Translations under genes and position numbers: made by a program | The notes under the pieces: generated by a model | Told to the model about the DNA's origin: nothing | The model's database searches: none | Seen by the model: only the letters and a program-made list of their open reading frames with translations | Source of the DNA: Eledone cirrhosa | Taxonomy: Eukaryota | Assembly (NCBI GenBank): GCA_964016885.1 | Contig: OZ024741.1 | Span: forward strand, 318,618,001-318,682,000 | Reading direction: 5' to 3' | DNA length: 64,000 bases | Shown: positions 42,581-57,384 of the stretch, piece by piece | How positions within the stretch are numbered: the stretch's first letter is position 1 | Layout of the letters: every line of letters starts with the position of its first letter

Positions 42581-43190
42581 GTCAGGTCACCAGTTGGTGC
42601 TACTGGTAACATGTATCCCAGTACAACCTGTCTCATGGTCGGGTCGTTGGCGACTAAACTGGCAACCCCACCAAGGTTTCTTGGTGAGGAGGGTGACTTT
42701 GGACATCCTGCAGGACTAAAAACAAGACCTGTCAAAGGGCAAAGGAGCTCTTAAGAGTCAATGGCCATCCAAAATCACCGGGAGAGATGACCCCTTAGCC
42801 TTTGTCAAGGCAGAATTCTAGGAGAAGGAAAACTCTGATGTAACACCTGCAACTCTGATGGTATCCAATGATGTTGACTTGTTCTTCTTTTTGGTAAATA
42901 TCATCTTGGTTAAGAGAGTGGGACTGGCTTTGTGCAGTGCCTTTGCTCACTATAAAAGCTTCACGGCACAGGCATTGCTTTATATCTGGAAATCTCTCTG
43001 CACTTGTCGTCACAGGGTAACATGGGCCCAGCACTATGTGTCAATATTTGTCACAAGTGTAGTGTTTGTACCAGAGTTTTCAAGTCGCTGGCTGGACTAA
43101 AAGGTCACACTCGTTCAGCGCATTGGTAGGGGTTCTCCTATATGGATATAAAGTAGTGGCCGTACTCGAAAACGAGTTGGCAGCCACCAT
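42581..43190 (+). mobile_element. Family A copy 4 (longest, about 610 bp)
   Basis: 5' structured region + RTE-like UTR motif + zinc-finger 3' end + microsatellite tail. Confidence 0.8.
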
Positions 43191-43215
43191 ATATATGTAT
43201 ATATGTGTATATATG

Positions 43216-43275
<60 letters not shown>

Positions 43276-43328
43276 CATATATAGATATATATATATGTAT
43301 GTGTGTGTATACATATATATATACATAT

Positions 43329-43391
<63 letters not shown>

Positions 43392-43401
43392 ATATATAGA
43401 T

Positions 43402-43557
<156 letters not shown>

Positions 43558-43861
43558 TTCAAGAGTAACCAATCTTAAAGAGAGAGATGGAGATAGGAGA
43601 GGAGATATGAGAGGAGAGATTGGTGAGTTAGTTAGAAGCCAAAGAGTAAAGGCATGTGCTCAATGTGCAATATGCAGTAGAAAGCAGCTAGGTGGCTGGG
43701 TTCATGCAGAAGTTAGGCTCGCAGAGCTGGAAATATTCATTAGTTAAGCAAAACAAGATCACAAATTTCACAAGGAAGACATTATTAAAAAATTGTCAAC
43801 ATATTTTAGTTTGATGTAAGGAATGTAGAGAATAATAATAATAATATTAATAATAATAATA

Positions 43862-44215
43862 ATTGTTTCTACTTTAGGCAAAAGGCCAGCAATTACCCAG
43901 TGCATTACTGGTACTTTATTTTATCGACCCCGTAAGGATGAAAGGCAAAGTAAACCTCGGCGGGATTTGAACTCAGATCGTAAAGGGACGTAACTATGCT
44001 GGAAAGCATGGTGTCCGACTCTCTACCGATACTTCCAATCCACCGCCCTAAAGAACAATAATAATAATTGTTTCTACTTTAGGCACAAGGCCAGCAATTA
44101 ACCAGTGCATTACTGGTACTTTATTTTATCGACCCCATAAGGATGAAAGGCAAAGTTAACCTCGGCGGAATTTGAACTCAGAATGGCAAGGGTCGTAACT
44201 CTATACGTCAAATAT
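43862..44215 (-). mobile_element. Two tandem S1 SINEs in an (AAT)n tract
   Basis: Reverse complements of 21028-21221. Confidence 0.8.
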
Positions 44216-44234
44216 GGCGTATAATAATAATAAT

Positions 44235-45030
44235 GATTTCATTTATTAGCCACCAGGGCCGACATGTAGGGGACAATACAAAGACAGGGACAGTGGGGGT
44301 TTACAATAAGGTCGAGTAAAAGTGCACAATGGTAAGACTAATTTAACAATGAAAATATAAAAATATAAAATAAACTATGCATAAATATAATAAAATAAAT
44401 TCCCCGATAGGGGGTGTACGACCCTGGGGTGCTTCAGGTACCCCACCAATCCTGAACCACCCTGCGCTTCTAGGGCACCCAGGGAGAGCACCCCTCTCCT
44501 CAAGTTAGCCAGCCTATAGGCGCATGGTCAGAGTAGGCCCATTCACACGAGCCATTCTCGCCACATTCACCCACCTTTTTGCAAATGTACTGGGGGGCAG
44601 CACTTCTCTCTCCACCCTCACCTTCCTTTCCAGGTGAAACTTGAAGAAGTTGATGAGGGATTGGCCGAAGAGAAAAGTGTCTGTCTTTAGTCCTTTCGCA
44701 ACTGCCACCAGACAGAGGAAAATTTCCTGCTCTTCCTGATCTAAGGAAGGCGGTGGATCGATCTTCACTATGGACTCGGTCGATAGCCGGATTCGTTCCA
44801 CACGCGACAGTAGCTGTTCGACATAAATCCACAAGTCAGTAATGCACGGACATTGGACAAGTGCGTGCACAACGGTTTCGTCGTTCTGTGCGCATCTTGG
44901 GCAGGTCCGTCTGACAGCACTTCCGTGCCTGTAGAGTTTATCCCGAACCGGCAGTGCCCCCCGGTAGCACTGCCAAGCGAGGGATTTCTGGAAATTGTCC
45001 ATCGTCCCCGGCTCAAAAGTCCTCCTATAG
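44235..45030 (-). mobile_element. L1/Tx1-clade LINE 3' fragment (zf-RVT)
   Basis: ORF 44514-45002 WQCYRGALPVRDKL...CPRC...ETVVHALVQC; 3' end runs into (TTA)n. Confidence 0.8.
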
Positions 45031-45059
45031 AACTAGAGATAATAATAATAGTAATAATA

Positions 45060-45120
<61 letters not shown>

Positions 45121-45204
45121 CCCTCTTCCTGCTATATCAAGCGTTAACTTAATGTATCCCTTCCCTATACTGTACCGATTGTTTTGTTATTTCAGTTTAC
45201 CTTT

Positions 45205-45262
<58 letters not shown>

Positions 45263-45266
<4 letters not shown>

Positions 45267-45450
45267 AAAAAGTATGACCACGACGGCAGAGCTCAAGCCG
45301 TTTCGACGGCTATTTCTGGACTCAGAAATAGCCGTCGAAACGGCTTGAGCTCTGCCGTCGGAGTCATACTTTTTCCTATTTCGCACTCTACTACCCTAAG
45401 TATTGAGTACTCTGGTGCGTTATGGTCCATCTGGTTCCTTACCACAATTC

Positions 45451-45453
<3 letters not shown>
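45263..45453 (+). mobile_element. Family B PLE terminus with fold-back arm
   Basis: Hairpin 45263-45378 with GACT loop, then a ~75-nt tail; (TA)n on both sides. Confidence 0.85.
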
Positions 45454-45493
<40 letters not shown>

Positions 45494-45738
45494 TACACAT
45501 ATATATATATATATATACAGTGAAAGAAAGAGGGAGAGAGAGAAGAAAGCAAACATAAAGCCCAAAGAATGAGATGAGAAGCGTGGGAAGAAGAATGGCC
45601 GAAGGATAGTTAGTATCAAATTTCTCACAGTATTCTAGCATTTCGTTAGAAATATATCGATCTTTCGGACGACTTTCTAGCTACTAGTGATGATACTCTG
45701 TGTAGTAAGACTGACTGATAGTAGTAGTAGCAGAAGCA

Positions 45739-45783
<45 letters not shown>

Positions 45784-45909
45784 GCTGCTGTTACTACTAC
45801 TAACACTACTACTACTGCCGCTACTACTACAGCTGTTGCTGCTACTAGTAGTGATATTAATGAACTACTACTACTACCGCTATTAATTAGCTACTACTAC
45901 TACCGTTGA

Positions 45910-45941
<32 letters not shown>

Positions 45942-46559
45942 ACCAACATATCAGAGCCATTGTCCTGATTGTTATCACTAGTTGTACACACATGCACGCT
46001 ATCACACCACACACACCGACACACGCGCTGCACAGACACATGCACACTATCACCACACAGACATAACAGCTGATCAGGTCGTTGAACTAAACAACGCAAT
46101 TATTACTATAATAAAGAAACAAAATATATTTGTTTGAGGGAGAAATTAGTTGAAGACATACTGAGAGAGATAAATGTGAATATGTTTGTCATTGGGGTGC
46201 TTATTTTCATACTTAACACTTTGAAACCTGGTTCTGCTTTTGCAATTCTCAGCTGTTTAATTTCAAGTGTTATTCTATTTATCGTATATCCTCCCATCAT
46301 AACATCATATGAGGACGTTTAATTTATGTGCTAAAAACCAGCTTAATGATTTTTAATTTCGATACATGGCCAGCGATATCGGGGTGAAGGAAAAGTCGAT
46401 TCGATATCGACCTCAGTGTTTAACTGGTACTGTATTTTATCGACCGCAAAAGATGAAAGACAATGTTGACCTCGGAGAGATTTGAACTCAGAATGTAAAG
46501 ACATGTAACTAAATGCCCTAAACCATTGTGTTCGACGCTCTAAGGATTTCACCAATCCG

Positions 46560-47200
46560 CCTCCATCATATCAACTTGGTAATGAGAAAGTTGTATTACT
46601 AAATCTTTCATATTTGAAGATCAGAGACATTAGGAACGTGGTAAGGAAAGGGTTAAAGTGTTTATCTTTACCTAAAATCCTGTCATCATAATTTTATTTG
46701 AGAACCTTTGTTAAGTTATATTCCATACACTAACTTAATAAAGAGAATGTTGGTTATATTACTAAAACCCTCTAAATTCTTGATAATTTTCAAAATTATT
46801 TGAATATCATAGACAATGTCTTTTATTAGAAATATGGTATCAAGAGGTTTTAAGTGTTGATATTTATCTAAAAGCCTCCATCATATGTTATATGTAAGAA
46901 ACTTTGTCATGTTTCAAACACCAACTTAATAATGAGAATGTTAGTTATATTACTAAATCCCTCTAAATTTTTAATTATTTTCAAAATTATTTGAAAGTTA
47001 TAAGCAGTATCTTTCATTAAAAATATGGGAGTGGAAGGATTAAAGTGACTAAAAACTTGCCATCATAATTTTATGTAAGGAGTGTTGTTATGTTATAAAC
47101 ACCAACTTAATAATGAGAAAGTTAGTTATATTACTAAATATTTCCAAGTCTTCGATTATTTTCAGTGTCTTTTATTGGAAATATGGTAATGAAAGGTTAA
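46560..47200. repeat. AT-rich repeat with ~180 bp degenerate subunits (relatives at about 4080-4500 and 54280-54692)
   Basis: Recurring AACTTAATAATGAGAA.GTT..TATTACTAAA and AAAGGGTTAA motifs; possibly a TTAA-type non-autonomous DNA element. Confidence 0.45.
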
Positions 47201-47859
47201 TTAAATATAAAAATTACAAGGATCATAGACGTATGGAGGTTTTGTCTGGGGGTTGATGTGTATAGTCAATTGATTCAACTGTTGGTATGCTGATGCTAGT
47301 TACTTTTTTGTCAGTCCCAGAGCGATGAAATAAAAGGCAGATTTGGCCCCACGGGATTTTAACTCAGAACAATGAAAATCGATACTAAATACTCAAAGGA
47401 GTTTTGTCTGGTGCTCTATCGATCCTAGCGTCCATCTTTCGTGAAACCAATATATTCGTTTCAAACTTTGGCGCAAAACCATACATTTTTTTAAAAAGTG
47501 TTGTTTTTTTTTCAATTGCAGTTGGCTTATATGGTAATCAGTAAGGATAAAAGGTAGTCAAGTCAGACATTCAGACATTCAGTTATAGAATCATACAACC
47601 TTAAAGTCATGCCACCATACAATCAGGCAGCCTTACACGGCCAAGTAGATAATCATACAGCCATACAGCCACACAGGTAGCAATAGAATCATACAGGCTG
47701 TTAGACATATAACCTCCCAGTCATAGAGAAACACAACCATATAGAGCAATATATAGCCATCCAGTCATACAAACATACATCCATCCAACCATACAGGCCG
47801 TCGGTCATACAGGCCATCAGACATACAAACATACAGGCCATTATTAATCATACAGCCCG

Positions 47860-50800
47860 TCAGACCAGACATATAGCCACACAGGCCACCAGACATATAG
47901 CCATACAGGCAGCCAGACATATAGCCACACAGGCCACCAGACATATAGCCATACAGGCTGTCAGACATATAGCCATACAGGCTGTCAGACATATAGCCAT
48001 ACAGGCTGTCAGACATATAGCCATACAGGCTGTCAGACATATAGCCATACAGGCTGTCAGACATATAGCCATACAGGCCGCCAGACAAATAGCCATACAG
48101 GCTGTCAGACATATAGCCATACAGGCTGTCAGACATATAGCCATACAGGCTGTCAGACATATAGCCATACAGGCTGTCAGACATATAGCCATACAGGCTG
48201 TCAGACATATAGCCATACAGGCTGTCAGACATATAGCCACACAGGCCACGAGACATATAGCCATACAGGCTGTCAGACATATAGCCATACAGGCTGTCAG
48301 ACATATAGCCACACAGGCTGTCAGACATATAGCCATACAGGCCACCAGACATATAGCCATACAGGCTGTCAGACATATAGCCATACAGGCTGTCAGAGAT
48401 ATAGCCATACAGGCCACGAGACATATAGCCATACAGGCCGCCAGACATATAGCCATACAGGCTGTCAGACATATAGCTATAGAGGCTGCCAGACATATAG
48501 CCATACAGGCTGTCAGACATATAGCCATACAGGCTGTCAGACATATAGCCATACAGGCCACCAGACATATAGCCATACAGGCCACCAGACATATAGCCAT
48601 ACAGGCTGTCAGATATATAGCCATACAGGCTGTCAGACATATAGCCACACAGGCTGTCAGACATATAGCCATACAGGCTGTCAGACATATAGCCATACAG
48701 GCTGTCAGACATATAGCCATACAGGCTGTCAGACATATAGCCATACAGGCTGTCAGACATATAGCCATACAGGCTGTCAGACATATAGCCATACAGGTTG
48801 TCAGACATGTAGCCATACAGGCTGTCAGACATATAGCCATACAGGCTGTCAGACATATAGCCATACAGGCTGTCAGACATATAGCCACACAGGCTGTCAG
48901 ACATATAGCCATACAGGCTGTCAGACATATAGCCATACAGGCTGTCAGACATATAGCCATACAGGCTGTCAGACATATAGCCATACAGGCTGTCAGACAT
49001 ATAGCCATACAGGCTGTCAGACATATAGCCATCCAGGCTGTCAGACATATAGCCATACAGGCTGTCAGACATATAGCCATACAGGCTGTCAGACATATAG
49101 CCATCCAGGCTGTCAGACATATAGCCATCCAGGCTGTCAGACATATAGCCATACAGGCTGTCAGACATATAGCCATCCAGGCTGTCAGACATATAGCCAT
49201 ACAGGCTGTCAGACATATAGCCATCCAGGCTGTCAGACATATAGCCATCCAGGCTGTCAGACATATAGCCATACAGGCTGTCAGACATATAGCCACACAG
49301 GCTGTCAGACATATAGCCATACAGGCTGTCAGACATATAGCCATACAGGCTGTCAGACATATAGCCATACAGGCTGTCAGACATATAGCCATACAGGCTG
49401 TCAGACATATAGCCATAGAGGCTGTCAGACATATAGCCATACAGGCTGTCAGACATATAGCCATACAGGCTGTCAGACATATAGCCATACAGGCTGTCAG
49501 ACATATAGCCATACAGGCTGTCAGACATATAGCCATACAGGCCAGCAGACATATAGCCATACAGGCTGTCAGACATATAGCCATACAGGCTGTCAGACAT
49601 ATAGCCATACAGACCACCAGACATATAGCCATACAGGCCACCAGACATATAGCCATACAGGCTGCCAGACATATAGCCACACAGGCCACCAGACATATAG
49701 CCATACAGGCTGTCAGACATATAGCCATACAGGCTGTCAGACATATAGCCATACAGGCTGTCAGACATATAGCCATACAGGCTGTCAGACATATAGCCAT
49801 ACAGGCTGTCAGACATATAGCCATACAGGCTGTCAGACATATAGCCATACAGGCCAGCAGACATATAGCCATACAGGCTGTCAGACATATAGCCATACAG
49901 GCTGTCAGACATATAGCCATACAGGCTATCAGATATATAGCCATACAGGCTGTCAGACATATAGCCATACAGGCCACCAGACATATAGCCATACAGGCTG
50001 TCAGACATATAGCCATACAGGCTGTCAGACATATAGCCATACAAGCTGTCAGACATATAGCCATACAGGCTGTCAGACATATAGCCATACAGGCTGTCAG
50101 ACATATAGCCATACAGGCCACCAGACTTATAGCCATACAGGCTGTCAGACATATAGCCATACAGGCTGTCAGACATATAGCCATACAGGCTGTCAGACAT
50201 ATAGCCATACAGGCTGTCAGACATATAGCCATACAGGCCGCCAGACATATAGCCACACAACTGTCAGACATATAGCCATACAGGCTGTCAGACATATAGC
50301 CATACAGGCTGTCAGACATATAGCCATACAGGCTGTCAGACATATAGCCATACAGGCCACCAGACATATAGCCATAGAGGCTGTCAGACATATAGCCATA
50401 CAGGCCGCCAGACAAATAGCCATACAGGCTGTCAGACATATAGCCATACAGGCTGTCAGACATATAGCCATACAGGCTGTCAGACATATAGCCATACAGG
50501 CCGTCAGACATATAGCCATACAGGCTGTCAGACATATAGCCATACAGGCTGTCAGACATATAGCCATACAGGCCACCAGACATATAGCCATACAGGCTGT
50601 CAGACATATAGCCATACAGGCCGCCAGACAAATACCCATACAGGCTGTCAGACATATAGCCATACAGGCTGTCAGACATATAGCTATACAGGCTGTCAGA
50701 CATATAGCCATACAGGCTGTCAGACATATAGCCATACAGGCCACGAGACATATAGCCATACAGGCTGTCAGATATATAGCCATACAGGCTGTCAGACATA

Positions 50801-52445
50801 TAGCCATACAGGCTGTCAGACATATAGCCATACAGGCTGTCAGATATATAGCCATACAGGCTGTCAGACATATAGCCATACAGGCTGTCAGACATATAGC
50901 CATACAGGCTGTCAGACATATAGCCATACAGGCTGTCAGACATATAGCCACACAGGCCACGAGACATATAGCCACACAGGCCACGAGACATATAGCCATA
51001 CAGGCTGTCAGACATATAGCCATACAGGCTGTCAGACATATAGCCACACAGGCTGTCAGACATATAGCCATACAGGCCACCAGACATATAGCCATACAGG
51101 CTGTCAGACATATAGCCATACAGGCTGTCAGACATATAGCCATACAGGCTGTCAGACATATAGCCATACAGGCTGTCAGACATATAGCTATAGAGGCTGT
51201 CAGACATATAGCCATACAGGCTGTCAGACATATAGCCATACAGGCCACCAGACATATAGCCATACAGGCTACCAGACATATAGCCATACAGGCTGTCAGA
51301 TATATAGCCATACAGGCTGTCAGACATATAGCCACACAGGCTGTCAGACATATAGCCATACAGGCTGTCAGACATATAGCCATACAGGCTGTCAGACATA
51401 TAGCCATACAGGCTGTCAGACATATAGCCATACAGGCTGTCAGACATATAGCCATACAGGTTGTCAGACATGTAGCCATACAGGCTGTCAGACATATAGC
51501 CATACCGGCTGTCAGACATATAGCCATACAGGCTGTCAGACATATAGCCACACAGGCTGTCAGACATATAGCCATACAGGCTGTCAGACATATAGCCATA
51601 CAGGCTGTCAGACATATAGCCATACAGGCTGTCAGACATATAGCCATACAGGCTGTCAGACATATAGCCATACAGGCTGTCAGACATATAGCCATACAGG
51701 CTGTCAGACATATAGCCATCCAGGCTGTCAGACATATAGCCATACAGGCTGTCAGACATATAGCCATACAGGCTGTCAGACATATAGCCATACAGGCTGT
51801 CAGACATATAGCCATACAGGCTGTCAGACATATAGCCATACAGGCTGTCAGACATATAGCCATACAGGCTGTCAGACATATAGCCACACAGGCTGTCAGA
51901 CATATAGCCATACAGGCTGTCAGACATATAGCCATACAGGCTGTCAGACATATAGCCATACAGGCTGTCAGACATATAGCCATACAGGCTGTCAGACATA
52001 TAGCCATAGAGGCTGTCAGACATATAGCCATACAGGCTGTCAGACATATAGCCATACAGGCTGTCAGACATATAGCCATACAGGCTGTCAGACATATAGC
52101 CATACAGGCTGTCAGACATATAGCCATACAGGCCGCCAGACATATAGCTACACAGGCTGTCAGACATATAGCCATACAGGCCACCAGACATATAGCCACA
52201 CAGGCTGTCAGACATATAGCCATACAGGCTGTCAGACATATAGCCATCCAGGCTGTCAGACATATAGCCACACAGGCTGTCAGACATATAGCCATACAGG
52301 CTGTCAGACATATAGCCATACAGGCTGTCAGACATATAGCCATACAGGCTGTCAGACATATAGCCATACAGGCTGTCAGACATATAGCCATACAGGCTGT
52401 CAGACATATATAGCCATACAGGCTGTCAGACATATAGCCATACAC
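47860..52445. repeat. 24-bp minisatellite (CAGACATATAGCCATACAGGCTGT)n, about 190 units
   Basis: Direct reading; variant units (GGCCACCAG, GCCACACAG, GCCATCCAG); degenerate left border from about 47560. Confidence 0.97.
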
Positions 52446-52628
52446 GCCATTAGTCATTCAGGCCATCAATAGTTAGTCATTATTATCCATGCTAATCAAG
52501 TGTGTTCAGCAGTTAAAATATTTCCCTATTGACTACATTACATGTCATTAATGGACAAACACAGCTGATAACACTCTTCTCATCTCACATATACTTCACC
52601 AGCATCTGCCTGCATTTCTTATTAATTA

Positions 52629-53162
52629 CACTGGTCAATACCCTTTTGGCTGACTAAGATGTTGTTGCTTTTAACTAATTTTGAGATGCTGATTTCAAAT
52701 ATGGCATCCAATTTTTTCCTAACACATCATGTTTGTCTTTCACTCAACTATCTCATAAACATAGGAAACACAGATATTTTGTATACCCTCCTTGTTGGCC
52801 AAGTAAAAAGTTGACCATTTTCAGATCCACACATATGTCCCATTTGTGTTCATCATACTTGAGTAAATCTAATACTGTTTTTATGTTTTCATGCTTCACT
52901 TTTAAGTGCACAGAGTGACCAATAGGAATTGCACCTAACATGTTTCCATTATTGAGTAATACACATTTTAGACTCTTCTTTGAACTATCTATAAAGAGTC
53001 TCCATTCATGAGAACCATACTGTAGACCACCCATCGCCTTTAACACTCCCGCCACATCACAACGTGATAGAAATAAAATATTCATTTTTAAACCCAAATT
53101 ACTCAAGAACAGCTCTCAAACTTAGGTCAGCAGAAAAAAAAGCAAATTCTTGTTGACCAGAG
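52629..53162 (-). mobile_element. Chapaev3-like (CMC) internally deleted DNA transposon
   Basis: Transposase block EWRLFIDSSKKSLKCVLL...IPIGHS...WDICVDLKM...GQQGGYTKYLCFLC; termini CACTGGTCAA / TTGACCAGAG. Confidence 0.7.
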
Positions 53163-53744
53163 TTATAGATAGTTCAAAGAAGTGTCTACAATGTGTATTA
53201 CATTCAATATTACATCCATCAATAGGCTAATTTGCATCAATGTTCCGGTCTGTTTGAACGCTAAAGTTCCACAACATTGAAATGTGAGCTTTTTTCAAAT
53301 ACTGGAGGTGGTTGATGCTCCCACCAATTCTTTTGATGTGCAGCCCTGTCATCTCTGTTACAGTATTCGGTTTCTTTATTTTCATACTGGTATTCAATCT
53401 ATATTGTTGAACTTTTGTTACTATTATGTAATCAAAATAACCAGTATATTCCAGAGCTGGCTAGCTTTACTCCATCTGCAGACCAAACGCGCCCTTCAAT
53501 TTAACGTACGTCTGTTGAAAAGAGAACCGTCCATCCGCAGAGTAGAACCGCAAAATTATAAAAGCCAGTGAAAACGGCAACAGCAGCAAAAGTAGAGCAG
53601 CAGCAACAACAACACATACACACACACAGTCGGAGAAAACTATGAACCGTTCCAGATCACGTGCTAGATTCGTTAAGGATGCCCTTTCACCTCCCTTCTG
53701 CATGTACTGACTCTTGAACCAGGGAAGCTGGAGCTGTTGCGGGG

Positions 53745-54260
53745 CATCCCGCTCGAATTGGGACGTGGAAGACCTGCGTCAGCATACGCGGACAACGCCG
53801 CCGTGATGGTGTTGAACTCCTCGGAAATCAAGATGGCCGGCAACTTCTCAGAGGAATATGTAAAGTTGACGGGAACAAAGGTCGACCCGAAAACGTGGGT
53901 GGGCATGGAGCTCTGCATTTGGACGTACCAGTGAAGTTGCTCGGAGTCTTGTTTGGGCCGTACCTCCAGGTGGATAAAAACTGGAACGAGGCAACGAGCA
54001 GGCTGGCCAATCTCCCCCAGAAATGGGCGGAGAGAAAGCTATCCCTGAAAGGCTGGGCAGAGGTAGTGAACGCGTACATCCCGTCCGGTATCTATTACCG
54101 CCTGACCAAAGTGCCTTTCCTCCGTTCACGCCTCACCAAATTGGCACGCTTGTTCTTCAACTTCTTGTGGAAGGGACAGGATCCATTGGCAAGACGGTCC
54201 ATCCGCTACCAGCACCCTCTACACCTAGGATTGGGCGAGCCGTGGTTGATGATGCACAAA
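53745..54260 (+). pseudogene. L1/Tx1-clade RT fragment
   Basis: SAYADNAAV, VKLLGVLFGP, W...LSLKG.AEVVN, FFNFLWKG; frameshifted. Confidence 0.75.
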
Positions 54261-54946
54261 CAAAAGTATTATAATGAGTTAGCCACTTCGTGACCATATT
54301 TCTAATGAAATGTTTTTTAAATAACTGTGAAAATAATCAAGAATTTGAAAAGATGTAGTAATGTAAAGAGCTTTCTGGAAGAGAACGTAATAAAAGTTGT
54401 TACATAAAATTATGATGGCCGATTTTTTTTTTAGATGAATATAAACACTTTAATCTTTTCAGTACATATATCTAATGAAATAGTTTGCACATAATTTTCA
54501 AATAATTTTGAAAAGAATCAACAATTTCTTTCTCATTATTAAACAGATTTTTGAAAAATAAATTTAGGAAAGGTTCTTACGTAAAATTATAATGAAGGGT
54601 TTTCAGATAAATATTAACAATTTTGAAATGAACAGTTTTATATCATAGGCCCTCAGTGACTGTTTCAGTCGGTTTCTGATCAAAAGGGTTAATATTTTGT
54701 TGTCATGGAGATATTTCAAAAGAACGCCACAAATTATCTGCTATCGTTTGAAAACTGGTCATACCATTTTATTAGAGAGATGCCCGAGGACGGGTTCTCT
54801 TTGTTCTAGAAATATTTCCTGTACGTCACGTACGTTGTATCGATATCTATCTATCTCTATTTCTCTCTATCTATCTATCTCTCGCTCTACATATATATGT
54901 ATATATATATGTATGTGTGTGTATGTATTTACATATATATACACAC

Positions 54947-55043
<97 letters not shown>

Positions 55044-55330
55044 AATATATATACACATATGTATATATGCGAAAACTAAATGAAAACAACAAAGCAAACA
55101 ATTCATTCCAAGGAAGAAATATATTACTTTAACTCCTGATATACTAACAAAAGAGTCTTAACGTTTTGGACATTAGTCTTTCATCAAAAGATTGAATAAG
55201 GAAATAAAAGAAGAAATAGACAAATAGAGAGTGAGAAGAGGAAGGAAAGAAAAGAAAATAGATTAAATGTACGTATATGTTCAGTCAGCCATGTATGTGT
55301 ATGTGTATATATATATATATGTATGTGTGT

Positions 55331-55453
<123 letters not shown>

Positions 55454-55846
55454 TGTGCAGATAGTTCAGTAAATCTGAAGAAAACTGATGAGAGAACCAA
55501 AGTCAGCACTCCATGCAGAGCAGAGTGTATACAATAAGAACAAAGTGGAGATGTTACATAGGATATTTATTCCTCAATCCTGGTTACAAATATTTCTCCA
55601 GCAGCTAGGTGAACATTTCCCTGAGTCGGTTTGTTTCGTTGTTCTGGTCCTAGCGGCTCGCATTTCGGTCGCTGACTTCAATTTACATAGCTGTCTAAAC
55701 GTCATGTTATAACTCTAAGGTAAAATTCTTTATTGAGTGCTTTTGGCTGCACTTACCGACTGCATTCGTTAGCTTGGCCGCAACCAGAGCTTCGATTATG
55801 CTGTACTACCTTCTTGTATTATATATATACATATATATATATATAC

Positions 55847-55883
<37 letters not shown>

Positions 55884-55884
55884 A

Positions 55885-56349
<465 letters not shown>

Positions 56350-56351
56350 TA

Positions 56352-56425
<74 letters not shown>

Positions 56426-56448
56426 TGTATATATTATATGTATGTATA

Positions 56449-56510
<62 letters not shown>

Positions 56511-56526
56511 CATATAATATATACAT

Positions 56527-56682
56527 ATAAATATATATATATATATAACAAAGGAATTGTGGTAAGGAACCAGATGAACCATAACGCATCAGAGTACTCA
56601 ATACTTAGGGTAGTAGAGTGGGAAATAGTCCAGAAATAGCCGCCGAAACGGCTTGAGCTGTACCGTCGGGGTGACACTTTTT

Positions 56683-56686
<4 letters not shown>
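56527..56686. mobile_element. Family B PLE terminus, inverted/rearranged
   Basis: Tail on minus strand 56527-56625 joined to a sense arm ending TTCC-(TA)n. Confidence 0.8.
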
Positions 56687-56747
<61 letters not shown>

Positions 56748-57384
56748 CTAACCCTTCTGTTGAGAACTCTATTCGATTTGTGATTTTTTGCATTCTTACA
56801 ATAATATACACAAATGAATTCATTCGCCTAATATAGGGGTTGCCTCCCTTGCTGATCCCCACGTGGGGTCAGTAATAGTCATTCCTTGTATTAGCATTGA
56901 ACAAAAACCTGTTGAAAAAGTGGCTTCCTTGTTCAATCATCTTACCAGAAGCCTAACATTTTTTATGTAAGCGGACAGTACTTGATTTAGGAGTCGCAGA
57001 AACCCAAATACTGGATTTTACCAACCTTCCAGGGGTCCGGGTATATTTTCAATCACATATATTTTTATTTGTTTGACCCGAATTACTTGATCGTTATTTT
57101 TTGGCTGTGCGGATGATTTTTAACCATCGTCTCAGTGTGTTTGGCCTTTAACGTATGTTGTGGCTCTGGTTCATCTGAATCATCGAGCGCTTGCCACACA
57201 TCTCGGGGGTTGTTTTTCGTTATTTCATAGGCCGAAATACGATTCTCGATAATTTATATTTGTATATATATATATATATATATATACATATACATACATA
57301 TACATACATACATACATACAATTTTGATGGATTACACTGATACATCGAAACCGGTTATATTTTATACACATTATAAAAATACTG

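Noticed and set aside
46106-46322. Short hydrophobic ORFs as membrane-protein exons (also 6749-6958)
   Set aside because: No recognisable motif or clear splice sites; expected by chance in AT-rich DNA
47860-52445. CRISPR-like array
   Set aside because: Head-to-tail units with no unique spacers; eukaryotic context; no cas genes
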